From NCBI GenBank assembly GCA_045606425.1, contig JAZURV010000002.1, forward strand, positions 22,706-86,705: 64,000 nt of DNA, written 5' to 3'. The stretch is from Candidatus Enterousia sp. (lineage in GTDB: Bacteria; Pseudomonadota; Alphaproteobacteria; Rs-D84). Every line of letters begins with the position of its first letter. Position 1 is the stretch's first letter. A program made the position numbers and the translations under genes. Below are positions 31,374-41,243 of this stretch, piece by piece. The notes beneath the pieces are model-generated. The model searched no databases, was not told the origin of the DNA, and was given only the letters and a program-made list of their open reading frames with translations.

Positions 31374-33170
31374 ATGAAAAAAATTATATCTTTTTTATTT
31401 GCGGTATTTGTTTTTGTTGCGCCCGCAATCGCATGTGAAACAAATGAAATAGATGTATTGGGTGATGGCACACAGTGCGAAATCGCACATTTTACACTTA
31501 CCACAACATCAACAAACAGTTTTCAATTCACAATGTCTGCGGCGGGGACTTTTTATGTCGATTGTGGAAACGGCGGAACATTGAAACAAGGAAGCACGAC
31601 ACTTTCTAATAAGACAATTTCGCGCGGTTCTTCTACATCAAATACAACATACACATGTACGTGGAATGCCGCGGACACACAAACAATCCGATTCGGCGGT
31701 CGCGCAACAGAATACAGCACTGGCTTACAAACTGCAGTAATTGGTTTTTATGCCGACAGCGACACAAACGCGCAAAAGGTTTATTCGATTACCGGTGATT
31801 TGGGTAAAATATTCGGCGCCGTCCAAAGTAACAGGATACCAAGGTTTTTCCAAACTTTTTACAATTGCAGTAATTTAACCAGTATTCCAACGGGATTATT
31901 TGATTCCATTGATACATCCAATGCAACCAATACAAATCAAATGTTTTACCAAACATTTCGCGATTGCAGTAATTTAACCGCGATACCAACGGGATTATTT
32001 GATTCCATTGATACCTCCAATGCAACCGATACAAATGGTATGTTTTCCCAAACATTTAACGGTTGCAGTAATTTAACCGCAATACCAACGGGATTATTTA
32101 ATTCCATTGATACATCCAAATCGACCAATACAAGTTCTATGTTTTCCCGTACATTTTCCAACTGCAGTAATTTAACCGCGATACCAACGGGATTATTTAA
32201 TTCCATTGATACATCCAAATCGACCAATACAAGTTTTTTGTTTCGCGAAACATTTATCAATTGCGGGAATTTAACCGCAATACCATCTGGATTATTTAAT
32301 TCCATTGATACATCCAATGCAACCGGTACAAGTTCTATGTTTAACGGCACATTTTACGGTTGCAGTAATTTAACCGCAATACCATCTGGATTATTTGATT
32401 CCATTGATACATCCAATGCAACCGGTACAAGTTCTATGTTTAACGGCACATTTTACGGTTGCAGTAATTTAACCGCAATACCATCTGGATTATTTAATTC
32501 CATTGATACACCCAATGCTACCAATACAAGTTTTATGTTTCAAAAAACATTTTCCGCTTGCAGCAATTTAACCAGTATGCCGGCGTCTTTGTTCAATTCG
32601 AATATCAACATGGCAAAGGCAACCAGGCGTTCCGATATGTTTTCCCAAATGTTTCAAAATTGTGCCAACATGACCGGATATATTCCATCAACAACGTTCC
32701 CCGACGGAATAACGGCGGCGTTAAATGCATCAAGCGATGTTTTTGCTGGCACACAATTGGCAACCGTTTGTCCGGGCGGAACCCAATTGTATGCAACATA
32801 TACCCCAAATTCAAAGGTCGCATGTGAAATTTTGGGAACGGAATGTTCGGCGGGACAATATTTGCCCATGAATACCAGTGTTTGTGCAACATGTCCGACA
32901 AATGGCATCTGTCCTGGCGGAACATATACTTTTAACGATACGACCGTCCAGGGTATTACCGGTTGCGATGTGGGTTATACTCTATCCGTTGATGTTTGTG
33001 ATGCGAATGTAATCAGCGTCACATGGGACCATGCGACCCAATCTGATATTACGGAAAATGACGCAGGTTCCGTGACATACGGTGGCGACATTCGCACGCC
33101 AAAACGCGCGCAACATATAAACGGAAAAATCTTTACCGGTTGGGTATTTAACACGCCGTCTGGCAACTAA
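31374..33170 (+). CDS. Secreted BspA-like LRR protein with 33-aa tandem repeats
   Basis: Signal peptide; CSNLTAIPTGLFxSIDTS..TxTxxMFxxTFxx repeats; C-terminus shared with 18964..20430. Confidence 0.85.
   Translation: MKKIISFLFAVFVFVAPAIACETNEIDVLGDGTQCEIAHFTLTTTSTNSFQFTMSAAGTFYVDCGNGGTLKQGSTTLSNKTISRGSSTSNTTYTCTWNAADTQTIRFGGRATEYSTGLQTAVIGFYADSDTNAQKVYSITGDLGKIFGAVQSNRIPRFFQTFYNCSNLTSIPTGLFDSIDTSNATNTNQMFYQTFRDCSNLTAIPTGLFDSIDTSNATDTNGMFSQTFNGCSNLTAIPTGLFNSIDTSKSTNTSSMFSRTFSNCSNLTAIPTGLFNSIDTSKSTNTSFLFRETFINCGNLTAIPSGLFNSIDTSNATGTSSMFNGTFYGCSNLTAIPSGLFDSIDTSNATGTSSMFNGTFYGCSNLTAIPSGLFNSIDTPNATNTSFMFQKTFSACSNLTSMPASLFNSNINMAKATRRSDMFSQMFQNCANMTGYIPSTTFPDGITAALNASSDVFAGTQLATVCPGGTQLYATYTPNSKVACEILGTECSAGQYLPMNTSVCATCPTNGICPGGTYTFNDTTVQGITGCDVGYTLSVDVCDANVISVTWDHATQSDITENDAGSVTYGGDIRTPKRAQHINGKIFTGWVFNTPSGN
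31866..32600 (+). repeat. 99-bp tandem repeat array (about 7.5 units)
   Basis: Unit starts (TGCAGTAATTTAACC and variants) at 31866, 31965, 32064, 32163, 32262, 32361, 32460 and 32559. Confidence 0.95.
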
Positions 33171-33179
33171 AATCCCCCA

Positions 33180-33385
33180 GGGGCGGGCGACCAGATTGCT
33201 TCGCTGTCGCTACGCTCCCTTGGCTCGTTCGCGGGGCGGGTGACCCTTCCTCGATACACAATCTTCCAAGGGCGAACTTTGTATGCTCGATTTTTAATCC
33301 TTGCTGACGCTGCGGTAAAAATCGGCATCGGGCAAGGTCTCGGCGTAGCGTAGCGAAGACGGATGACCTTTTCTCGATACACAAT
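33180..33385. repeat. tRNA-His-linked repeats
   Basis: tRNA-His 3' fragments at 33180-33197 (17/18 match) and 33233-33245. Direct repeat TGACCyTTyCTCGATACACAAT at 33241 and 33364. Confidence 0.65.
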
Positions 33386-33617
33386 AATAAAAATCTATAA
33401 AAACTCGTATTTACAAACTCCGTTTTTATGATTTTTCTAATTGTGTATTCTCGGGGTCGCTCGGTCGGCTATGCCGACACTGCGCGGCATTCGTTAGCAC
33501 TCGAACTTCGCTATGCTCGTTCTCGCTTACTCATAGTCGAACTGGCTTCTGCCCGTTCGATATCTGGCACACGTCATGATAAAATTAAAACCCGCATTTT
33601 TGCGGGTTTGAATTTTA

Positions 33618-33695
33618 TGGGGCGGGTGACCAGATTCGAACTGGCGACATTCGGTACCACAAACCGACGCTCTAACCAACTGAGCTACACCCGCC
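33618..33695 (-). tRNA. tRNA-His(GTG)
   Basis: G-1 GCGGGTG...TCGGT-TTGTGGT-ACCGA...GTTCGAAT...CACCCGC C CCA. Confidence 0.95.
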
Positions 33696-33731
33696 ATAAC
33701 TTTTGTGTGGGATATCCCACTTGTCTTTACA

Positions 33732-33761
33732 TGGTGGAGCTGATCAGACTCGAACTGACGA
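33732..33761 (-). repeat. Duplicated 3' 30 bp of tRNA-Ala (att-like scar)
   Basis: Identical to 33836-33865. Confidence 0.85.
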
Positions 33762-33835
33762 GTGCGTTTGCATGTCATCAAGTGTCCCAACCTGTTCCAC
33801 TTTATCCAGACAAAACCTTTTTATCAGTTTTAATC

Positions 33836-33911
33836 TGGTGGAGCTGATCAGACTCGAACTGACGACCCCTTGCATGCCATGCAAGTGCTCTACCAACTGA
33901 GCTACAACCCC
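33836..33911 (-). tRNA. tRNA-Ala(GGC)
   Basis: GGGGTTG...CTTGCATGGCATGCAAG...GTTCGAG...CAGCTCCACCA. Confidence 0.95.
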
Positions 33912-33999
33912 ATGCGGAGACTTATTCTATATTTCTTCTTGCAAAAAGTCAAATCATTTTGCTAACATTTTCGTGAAGTATTATCTTAAGGAGTATTTT

Positions 34000-34560
34000 A
34001 TGGATTATTCATCACTTAAAACCGAAGTCGAACAAAAGACAGCCCAAACACTGGAAGTATTACAAAACGAATTCGCAGGATTGCGTACAGGTCGCGCATC
34101 TGTGCATTTATTGGACGGGGTCAAGGTCCCTGTTTATGGTGCAGAAATGCCACTGAACCAGGTCGCAACTGTGTCAACCCCAGATACCCAGACTTTATCT
34201 GTCACTGTTTGGGATGTATCCAATGCCCCGGCAGTAGAAAAAGCGATTCGTGATTCTGGGTTGGGATTAAACCCAATGACTGCGGGTGGTGTTATCCGTC
34301 TGAATTTGCCGCCATTGACCGAAGAACGCCGTCGCGAATTGACCAAAGTCGCCGGAAAATACGCCGAAGAAGCAAAAATTTCTATGCGCAACATTCGCCA
34401 AGACGCGATGAACAAAATCAAACGCGCGGTCACTGACAAAGAAATTTCCGAAGACGACCAGCGTAAATACGAAGAAGATATTCAAAAAGTCTTTGATGCA
34501 CGCGGTGTTGAGGTTGACGCCATGGCAAAACAGAAAGAAGCCGACATTATGTCTGTGTAG
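34000..34560 (+). CDS. frr: Ribosome recycling factor
   Basis: LRTGRAS, PPLTEERRREL, ISEDD. Confidence 0.95.
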   Translation: MDYSSLKTEVEQKTAQTLEVLQNEFAGLRTGRASVHLLDGVKVPVYGAEMPLNQVATVSTPDTQTLSVTVWDVSNAPAVEKAIRDSGLGLNPMTAGGVIRLNLPPLTEERRRELTKVAGKYAEEAKISMRNIRQDAMNKIKRAVTDKEISEDDQRKYEEDIQKVFDARGVEVDAMAKQKEADIMSV

Positions 34561-34586
34561 TGTCTGATGAAGGAAAGGATTTTGTA

Positions 34587-35342
34587 ATGTTCAATATCTT
34601 CAAGAAAAAATCTGTAAAACCAGACAACGCGATAAAAATACCACAACACATCGCATTTATTTGCGACGGCAATCGCAGGTGGGCTGAAATGCGTGGCCTG
34701 CCCCCATTGGCAGGACATCGCGCAGGCATTTCTAATTTTGAAAACCTGGTCGATTGGTTTATTGCACGCGGTGTTTCAACAATTACTTTCTATATCTTTT
34801 CAACTGAAAACTGGAACCGGTCAAAGGAAGAAGTCGATTTTTTGATGGATTTGTTTTATACAGAATTGAACAAGAATATGAAGCGTGCAATTGAAAAAAA
34901 TCTGCGTTATCGCATTATTGGTTCGCGTGACAGATTGCCGAAAAAATTGGCTGCCCTGTGCGATAAATTGGAAGAAGTTTCGGCTGAAAACACTGGCGGA
35001 ACAGTTGCGTTCGCGTTGAATTATGGCGGTCAGGACGAAATCATACGCGCCGTAAATGTGGCGATTGAAAATGGCAAACCTGTTGATAAAGATACTTTTG
35101 AAACATTCATGGACACTGGCGATTTGTTGCCGGTCGATTTAATGGTTCGCACCAGTAATGAAAATCGTATTTCTAATTTCTTGTTATGGAAATTGGCGTA
35201 TGCAGAATTGCTGTTCGTACCAGAACATTGGCCTGATTTGGTAAAATCTGAAAAATTGTGGCAACATGTTTTGGATGAATTCCAAAAACGCAATCGTCGT
35301 TTCGGTGGCGGAAAAAAGAAAAACTATTCGGGGAAAAAATAA
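34587..35342 (+). CDS. uppS: Undecaprenyl diphosphate synthase
   Basis: HIAFICDGNRRWA, FSTENWNR, RTSNENRISNFLLW. Confidence 0.95.
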   Translation: MFNIFKKKSVKPDNAIKIPQHIAFICDGNRRWAEMRGLPPLAGHRAGISNFENLVDWFIARGVSTITFYIFSTENWNRSKEEVDFLMDLFYTELNKNMKRAIEKNLRYRIIGSRDRLPKKLAALCDKLEEVSAENTGGTVAFALNYGGQDEIIRAVNVAIENGKPVDKDTFETFMDTGDLLPVDLMVRTSNENRISNFLLWKLAYAELLFVPEHWPDLVKSEKLWQHVLDEFQKRNRRFGGGKKKNYSGKK

Positions 35343-35343
35343 A

Positions 35344-36015
35344 ATGAAATTATCAGAATTATCTAACACGGGTCTAAGGATTTTATCAGCAATCGGAATG
35401 TTGGTTGCGTTGGGAATTGTGGTCGCGCTGGAACATTATTTCCCACAAATTCACGCAGTTCGCATCGCCGGGGTTTTGATTATGATTGGCGCGATTTACG
35501 AAACAATCAAAAATTACAGAAATGCAGATTCCGAAACATTTAATAAATCCGTTATTTCTTTCGTTGCGTTTTTTGCGTGGCTGATTTTGATGATGGTGTC
35601 CGTTTATTTTGTTGGCGCGCGTCCATGGATTATGCTGTGGTTGCTGATGATAGTTGTCGGCGCAGATGTTGGTGCGTGGCTTTTTGGTAAATTATTCGGT
35701 GGCGATAAAATGTGGGAACGATTGTCTGAACACAAAACTTGGTCTGGTCAAATCGGTGGTATATTGTGCGGCACAGCGATGTCGATATTGTTCTTTTTGT
35801 ATATCAAACCGTTTGGCAACGATATTGTGTTTGCGATACTGATGGGAATCAGTATGTCTTTGTTGTCACAATACGGTGATTTAACTGCCAGTTATATTAA
35901 ACGCAAACTTGGTATCAAAGATTTCGGCAATCTGATACCGGGGCACGGCGGAATTCTGGACCGTTTTGACGGCTGGATTTATATTTTACCACTGATGTGG
36001 TTTTTCATAGGATAA
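35344..36015 (+). CDS. cdsA: Phosphatidate cytidylyltransferase
   Basis: KTWSG, GDLTASYIKRKLGIKDFGNLIPGHGGILDRFD. Confidence 0.9.
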   Translation: MKLSELSNTGLRILSAIGMLVALGIVVALEHYFPQIHAVRIAGVLIMIGAIYETIKNYRNADSETFNKSVISFVAFFAWLILMMVSVYFVGARPWIMLWLLMIVVGADVGAWLFGKLFGGDKMWERLSEHKTWSGQIGGILCGTAMSILFFLYIKPFGNDIVFAILMGISMSLLSQYGDLTASYIKRKLGIKDFGNLIPGHGGILDRFDGWIYILPLMWFFIG

Positions 36016-36028
36016 GGGGATACGCATT

Positions 36029-37087
36029 ATGAATACTATTTTAACCATTGTTGCATTGTTGATTGTTTTGGGTGTTGTGGTTTTTGTGCACGAGGCAGGT
36101 CATTTCATGGCTGCGCGTTGGGCAGGTGTTCGTGTAGATGCGTTTTCTATTGGGTTTGGTCCGGCAATTTTAAAATGGCATGACAAACATAATACCGTGT
36201 GGAAATTGTGCTGTCTGCCGTTGGGCGGTTATGTTTCCATCTATGGCCAGGAAGATATGTTTAACCGCAAAAAATACAACGCTCTGCCAAAGGCTAAAAA
36301 GGTTGGGCATTATCTGTCCGTACCTGCGTGGAAACAGTTCATCATTATTGGCGCCGGCGTATTTATGAATTTTATGTTGGCGTGGTTTATATATTCTGCT
36401 GATTTCATGTTTCGACCGCGCAATATTCAATTGCCTGTTGTGGGTCAGGTTGTACGCGACAGTGTCGCATTCCAGGCAGGTATTAAACCCGGTGATGTTA
36501 TAATGAAAATTGACGGCGCAAATATTGAAAACTGGGGCGAACTGATTATCGCCAAAGAATTGGCAGACAAACACGAAGCAAATGTTTTGGTTGCGCGTCA
36601 TGACAAACTGATAAAGGTATCCCTGGCACCGGCAGACCGTTGGGGGCTGATTGCAGACGGCAGTAAAACAACATTCCGCAAGAAGGGCTTTTTTGGTGCG
36701 ATGTATTCTGGATTGCGCGAAACATACCACCAATCAAAAACTTTACTGGTTGTGTTAAAACAGATTGTGACGGGCGAACGTTCGTCTAAACAATTGGGGT
36801 CATTTATTACTATTGCCCAGGTATCCGGTCATGCTATGCAGGCAGGTTTTTTCATATTCCTGTCCATCATCGCACTGATTTCTGTGAATTTGGCTGTTGT
36901 GAATTTATTGCCACTGCCTGTATTGGATGGTGGATATTTGCTGATTTTGATAATAGAGGCGATTACGCGTCGTAAACTGGGCGGCAAAGCGATGGAATAC
37001 ACCATTGTTGTTGGTTGGATTTTAATCCTGTTGCTGTTCGCTTTCACTATGTGGAACGATATCGCACGCGTATTTGGGTTAAACTGA
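36029..37087 (+). CDS. rseP: Site-2 protease RseP
   Basis: HEAGH, PDZ domain, NLLPLPVLDGG. Confidence 0.9.
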   Translation: MNTILTIVALLIVLGVVVFVHEAGHFMAARWAGVRVDAFSIGFGPAILKWHDKHNTVWKLCCLPLGGYVSIYGQEDMFNRKKYNALPKAKKVGHYLSVPAWKQFIIIGAGVFMNFMLAWFIYSADFMFRPRNIQLPVVGQVVRDSVAFQAGIKPGDVIMKIDGANIENWGELIIAKELADKHEANVLVARHDKLIKVSLAPADRWGLIADGSKTTFRKKGFFGAMYSGLRETYHQSKTLLVVLKQIVTGERSSKQLGSFITIAQVSGHAMQAGFFIFLSIIALISVNLAVVNLLPLPVLDGGYLLILIIEAITRRKLGGKAMEYTIVVGWILILLLFAFTMWNDIARVFGLN

Positions 37088-37129
37088 TGGGTATGAATAT
37101 AATAAAATTCGAAACAAAAAGGATTCTGT

Positions 37130-37354
37130 ATGCAAACTCTTTTTTTCGTGGGGGGTAATCCACAAGCGGGAGTGTTGCTCGCAAAAAGAAAGGCACAAGA
37201 TATAAATGCCACAGTAAGATTAAGCCTGAACGGCGTCACCATGATGATAACCAAAGATACAGATATCCAAAAATCTTTGGTTGAATATCAACAGCAATTA
37301 AATTTAAGATATAAAAACGCCAGATTAAAAGTGATTAAACAAAATGAAAAATAA
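37130..37354 (+). CDS. Small hypothetical protein
   Basis: 74-aa ORF with AAGGA RBS between rseP and bamA. Confidence 0.45.
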   Translation: MQTLFFVGGNPQAGVLLAKRKAQDINATVRLSLNGVTMMITKDTDIQKSLVEYQQQLNLRYKNARLKVIKQNEK

Positions 37355-39617
37355 ATTATTAGTATTTTCGTCGTTATCATTGACCGCGATTTCTGGGGTT
37401 GCTGGCGCAACCGTATTGTCCCGCATAGATGTTATCGGCAATCAACGCATGGACGCAGAATCTGTACGCATTTTGGCAGATGTTAAACGCGGCGACAATG
37501 TCAATTCTGAAACCATAAACAATATTGCAAAGTCTTTACAATCCAGTGGCTATTTTGAACGGGTTGATGTTAAATTAAATGGCGATATTTTAAAAATAAA
37601 TGTCATCGAATCACCAACTGTCAATATGGTCACAGTCGAAGGAAACGATGAAATCGATACCGATGATTTGAAAAAAGAAATAAAAACCAAAGAACGCGCG
37701 TCATACGACAAATCAGTGATTGGCGGCGATGTGCAACGCATGTTGACCCTGTACCAGCGCAAGGGTTATTTTGGAACAAAAATAAATCCAAAGAAAATCG
37801 ATTTAGACAACAATCGCGTAAATGTGGTCTTTGAAATCAAAGAAGGACACCCAACATACATTCGCGACATAGATTTTGAAAACAACAAAAAATTCCGTTC
37901 CGGCACATTACGCAAAGAATTGTTGTCGCGCGAACATGCGTGGTGGCGTTTTATGACACAATTTGATGTCTATGACGAAGACCGCATTCAATACGACCAA
38001 CAATTATTACACCAATTTTATATGCGCAACGGATTTCTTGATTTCCGTATAACTGATGTAAAGGGCGAATTTACACCAGATCGTGAATATTATTCTGTGA
38101 AATATACTGTTGATGAAGGAAACCAATACAGAATCGGTGACATTACTGTCGACAACCCATTTCACGATGTCCCCGATAAAGAATTGAAAAAGGCATTGAC
38201 CATATCGAAAAAAGATATTTATAACATAGATGAAATAGACGCAACAATCAGTGCGCTGCGCGGTAAAGTGGCAGACCATGGATATGCGTTTATCAGCATT
38301 GAACCAATTCCAACCAAACACGACGATACACGCACTGTCGATTTGAATTTCAAAATACAAAAAACCAATCGTATTTATATAAATACTATAAATTTGCTTG
38401 GTAATGTTCGTACTTTTGACAGTGTAATCGAACACCACTTGCCCATGCGCGAAGGTGACCCTTTTTCCCTGCAAACCATTGAAACAGGTCGTCAGAATTT
38501 GATGCACACACGCTATTTCAAAGATGTGCAAATGATTCCAACGCGCCTGGCAGATGCAAATATGATGAATCTGGATGTCAAGGTCGAAGAACAACCAACT
38601 GGTGAATTATCTGGTGGTTTTGGTTGGTCCACAATCAACGGATTTATGGTTGATGCAGGTATCACAGAAAACAACTTTATGGGGCGTGGTCAAATTGTCC
38701 AGATAAAGGGTTCGATTGCACAATATCAACGTCAGGCTTTGTTCAGTTTCACCGAACCGTTCCTGTTTAATCGTGAATTATCCGGTGGGTTTGATGTATC
38801 ATATACCCAATACCAATATTCTAAATTGGGTGGTTATGGTTATGACCGTGATTCATTCAATGTTTCAGGCAGATTGGGTTGGCGGTTAACAGACCATTGG
38901 ACACAAACAATGCGTTTATCTGCAACATTTGACCAAAACTATGACTTAAACATGGGTGGCTGGCAAAAGGCGAACCTGTACACCCTGGGGACAAATTTGC
39001 GTTATTATAATCTGAATACGAATTTCCAACAAAATACCCATACTGGGGTTGTTGGAAACATCGGCGTGGCATATACCGGTTTCGGCAGCACTAATACATT
39101 TATGCGCTATTCTGCAGATATCACTGGACTGGTTAAATTCTTTGATGACAGATGGCAATTCCGCACAGGTTGGGAATTTGGATATTTGCAATCACTGGAC
39201 GCCAACGATTATATTCCACGCGTTTATCGTTATTTCCTGGGGGGCGAATCTTTGCGTGGATTCGATGTCGCCGGTGTTGGTTCGCGCAATTGGTATTATC
39301 GCACCTATTCTTTGGGCGGTTTGTGGAAAGCCAACGGTTCAACACAAATAAATTTCCCAATATTTATCCCGGACGAATACCAGGTAAAAGGATTCGTATT
39401 TGCCGATTATGGTATTTTGGGACGCCCACCAAAGCAAGAATATGAATTCGCAGGAAAACCAAATATTATTGACCAGGATTGGCGTACATCTGTTGGTTTT
39501 GGTATTTATTGGAATACCCCAATGGGACCAATGAACTTTTCATGGGGATGGCCGTTGCATCTTAACGAATATGATGACGAACGCCGTTTCTTGTTATCAT
39601 TTGCGACACAATTCTGA
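37344..39617 (+). CDS. bamA: Outer membrane assembly factor BamA
   Basis: POTRA repeats, LRGF motif, C-terminal Phe. Confidence 0.95.
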   Translation: MKNKLLVFSSLSLTAISGVAGATVLSRIDVIGNQRMDAESVRILADVKRGDNVNSETINNIAKSLQSSGYFERVDVKLNGDILKINVIESPTVNMVTVEGNDEIDTDDLKKEIKTKERASYDKSVIGGDVQRMLTLYQRKGYFGTKINPKKIDLDNNRVNVVFEIKEGHPTYIRDIDFENNKKFRSGTLRKELLSREHAWWRFMTQFDVYDEDRIQYDQQLLHQFYMRNGFLDFRITDVKGEFTPDREYYSVKYTVDEGNQYRIGDITVDNPFHDVPDKELKKALTISKKDIYNIDEIDATISALRGKVADHGYAFISIEPIPTKHDDTRTVDLNFKIQKTNRIYINTINLLGNVRTFDSVIEHHLPMREGDPFSLQTIETGRQNLMHTRYFKDVQMIPTRLADANMMNLDVKVEEQPTGELSGGFGWSTINGFMVDAGITENNFMGRGQIVQIKGSIAQYQRQALFSFTEPFLFNRELSGGFDVSYTQYQYSKLGGYGYDRDSFNVSGRLGWRLTDHWTQTMRLSATFDQNYDLNMGGWQKANLYTLGTNLRYYNLNTNFQQNTHTGVVGNIGVAYTGFGSTNTFMRYSADITGLVKFFDDRWQFRTGWEFGYLQSLDANDYIPRVYRYFLGGESLRGFDVAGVGSRNWYYRTYSLGGLWKANGSTQINFPIFIPDEYQVKGFVFADYGILGRPPKQEYEFAGKPNIIDQDWRTSVGFGIYWNTPMGPMNFSWGWPLHLNEYDDERRFLLSFATQF

Positions 39618-39681
39618 TATTGTTTTGTCTTGACGCGGGGGATAAATATTTCTTATACTTTTAGAAAAGAAAGGAGAAAGC

Positions 39682-39837
39682 ATGAAAAAACTTTTAGCAA
39701 TATTAGCATTGGTTATTATCGGTTTTTCCATCGCGGGCTGTGGTCAAATTTATGATGCAGAACCGGTCAGTATTGGATATGATAACAACGAATTAAAACT
39801 TAGCCCATGCGCATGCATATTGGTATATCGCGCATAA
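39682..39837 (+). CDS. Small lipoprotein, VirB7-like
   Basis: Own translation (51 aa): MKKLLAILALVIIGFSIAGC...LKLSPCAC. AGGAG RBS; precedes VirB8-like genes. Confidence 0.55.
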   Translation: MKKLLAILALVIIGFSIAGCGQIYDAEPVSIGYDNNELKLSPCACILVYRA

Positions 39838-39864
39838 ACATTTCTTTTGAATGGGAGGGTTTAA

Positions 39865-40557
39865 TTGGATTATCCAAATGATTTTAACATAAAATCATTT
39901 CCTGCGGGCAAAACAATCGCCCTGTCCCGCAGTGTTTCCATATGGATTTCAATAGTGTTCTTTCTGATTATTGCGATGTGCGGTTTTATACTTATGGTCC
40001 GACATTATCGTGTAAATTATCCGTTTTTGATATCTGTTGACCCATTTACAGAAGAATGGTCTGTTGTCACATATCCTGGGAAAGATGAAAACGAAAAACT
40101 GCACCAATATCAAATAGTCCAGGAAAAATTGGTTCGTGATTTTGTGACAAATTGGTTTACGATTTCCACAGACCCAACAATAAATGAAAAGCGTTGGCGC
40201 GATTGCGATGTGGCGGATTGTGATACCCCAGAACAATTTAGCCCGGACAATATAGATTGTGCAATATCGTGCAAATCAAATGAATCTGTATTTTCTGAAT
40301 TCGCAAACAATGTTTTTCCAGATTATCAAAATTATGCCACATCTGGCGGGAAATGGACGGTTGGTCCAATGTTGATTACACCGTTCACGGTCAATCAGAT
40401 ATCTGGCACATGGCAGGTTGTTGTATCTGTTCAACCGTCAATGGCACAATCTTTTGATGCGTTGGCTTTCATAACAATCGAACAAGATAAAAATAAATAT
40501 CCAGCCACACTGGGATACCACATAACAAACTTTAATTCATACAGAATCGAAAAATGA
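39865..40557 (+). CDS. VirB8-like T4SS protein
   Basis: One N-terminal TM, PFLISVD, EKLVRDFVTNW, LGYHITNF C-terminus. Confidence 0.55.
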   Translation: MDYPNDFNIKSFPAGKTIALSRSVSIWISIVFFLIIAMCGFILMVRHYRVNYPFLISVDPFTEEWSVVTYPGKDENEKLHQYQIVQEKLVRDFVTNWFTISTDPTINEKRWRDCDVADCDTPEQFSPDNIDCAISCKSNESVFSEFANNVFPDYQNYATSGGKWTVGPMLITPFTVNQISGTWQVVVSVQPSMAQSFDALAFITIEQDKNKYPATLGYHITNFNSYRIEK

Positions 40558-41240
40558 ACAAGATAGCGTCTTTTTTTACCGGCTGTTTATTGGTGGTAAT
40601 AACATTTGTTATTATCGTGTTGGGCGCGTTATTATTTCGCGCAAATGAACGCGCGTCAATAAAATCCTATATTTTTCAAATGAACAACCTTTCAAACCAA
40701 CGCGTCGGTGAACTGCAAAATATAAATGAAATTTCAGCAATAGATTTAAGAAACAAACTGATAAAAAAATATGTTTCAGAATATTTCAAGGTTATCCCCG
40801 GCGAAAAAGATGTCGAAAACCGTCCTGTATTGCGTATTATGAATACCGAACCAAACACATCAAAACTGACCCCTGCATACACTCAATGGCGCAACGGAGA
40901 AGCAAAAACAATCGCACAAATGTCCAACCAAAATATGTTACGAATTGTTCATGTTTATGACGATGGAATCGCGACATTGAATCGTCCGGCTGATTATGAT
41001 TATAATGACGAAAATGTAAAACGCGTTTATTATGCAGTACGATATTATACTGAAACATGGGACGCGCCAAACCAGATGGCAAAAATGCCAGAGAAAGGTC
41101 AAGGTATCATTTATATCGAAGCAATATTCCAGCCAGGTATTCGTAAAAATGTCAATATACAAAAATATTTACAAAGTGGCGAAAATCCAGTAGGATTATT
41201 TAAATTCACAGTTACCAATATCGGCAACAAGGAAATGTAA
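40554..41240 (+). CDS. Second VirB8-like protein
   Basis: N-terminal TM, LIKKYVSEY, ENPVGLFKFTVT (NPxGf.V motif). Confidence 0.5.
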   Translation: MNKIASFFTGCLLVVITFVIIVLGALLFRANERASIKSYIFQMNNLSNQRVGELQNINEISAIDLRNKLIKKYVSEYFKVIPGEKDVENRPVLRIMNTEPNTSKLTPAYTQWRNGEAKTIAQMSNQNMLRIVHVYDDGIATLNRPADYDYNDENVKRVYYAVRYYTETWDAPNQMAKMPEKGQGIIYIEAIFQPGIRKNVNIQKYLQSGENPVGLFKFTVTNIGNKEM

Positions 41241-41243
41241 AAA

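Noticed and set aside
31866-32600. LRR array as a CRISPR array or as a remote DGR target
   Set aside because: The units are in-frame 99-bp coding repeats with no spacers or cas genes. The scaffold has many invariant adenines and no similarity to the visible TR/VR end, which argues against adenine mutagenesis despite the NNC codons.
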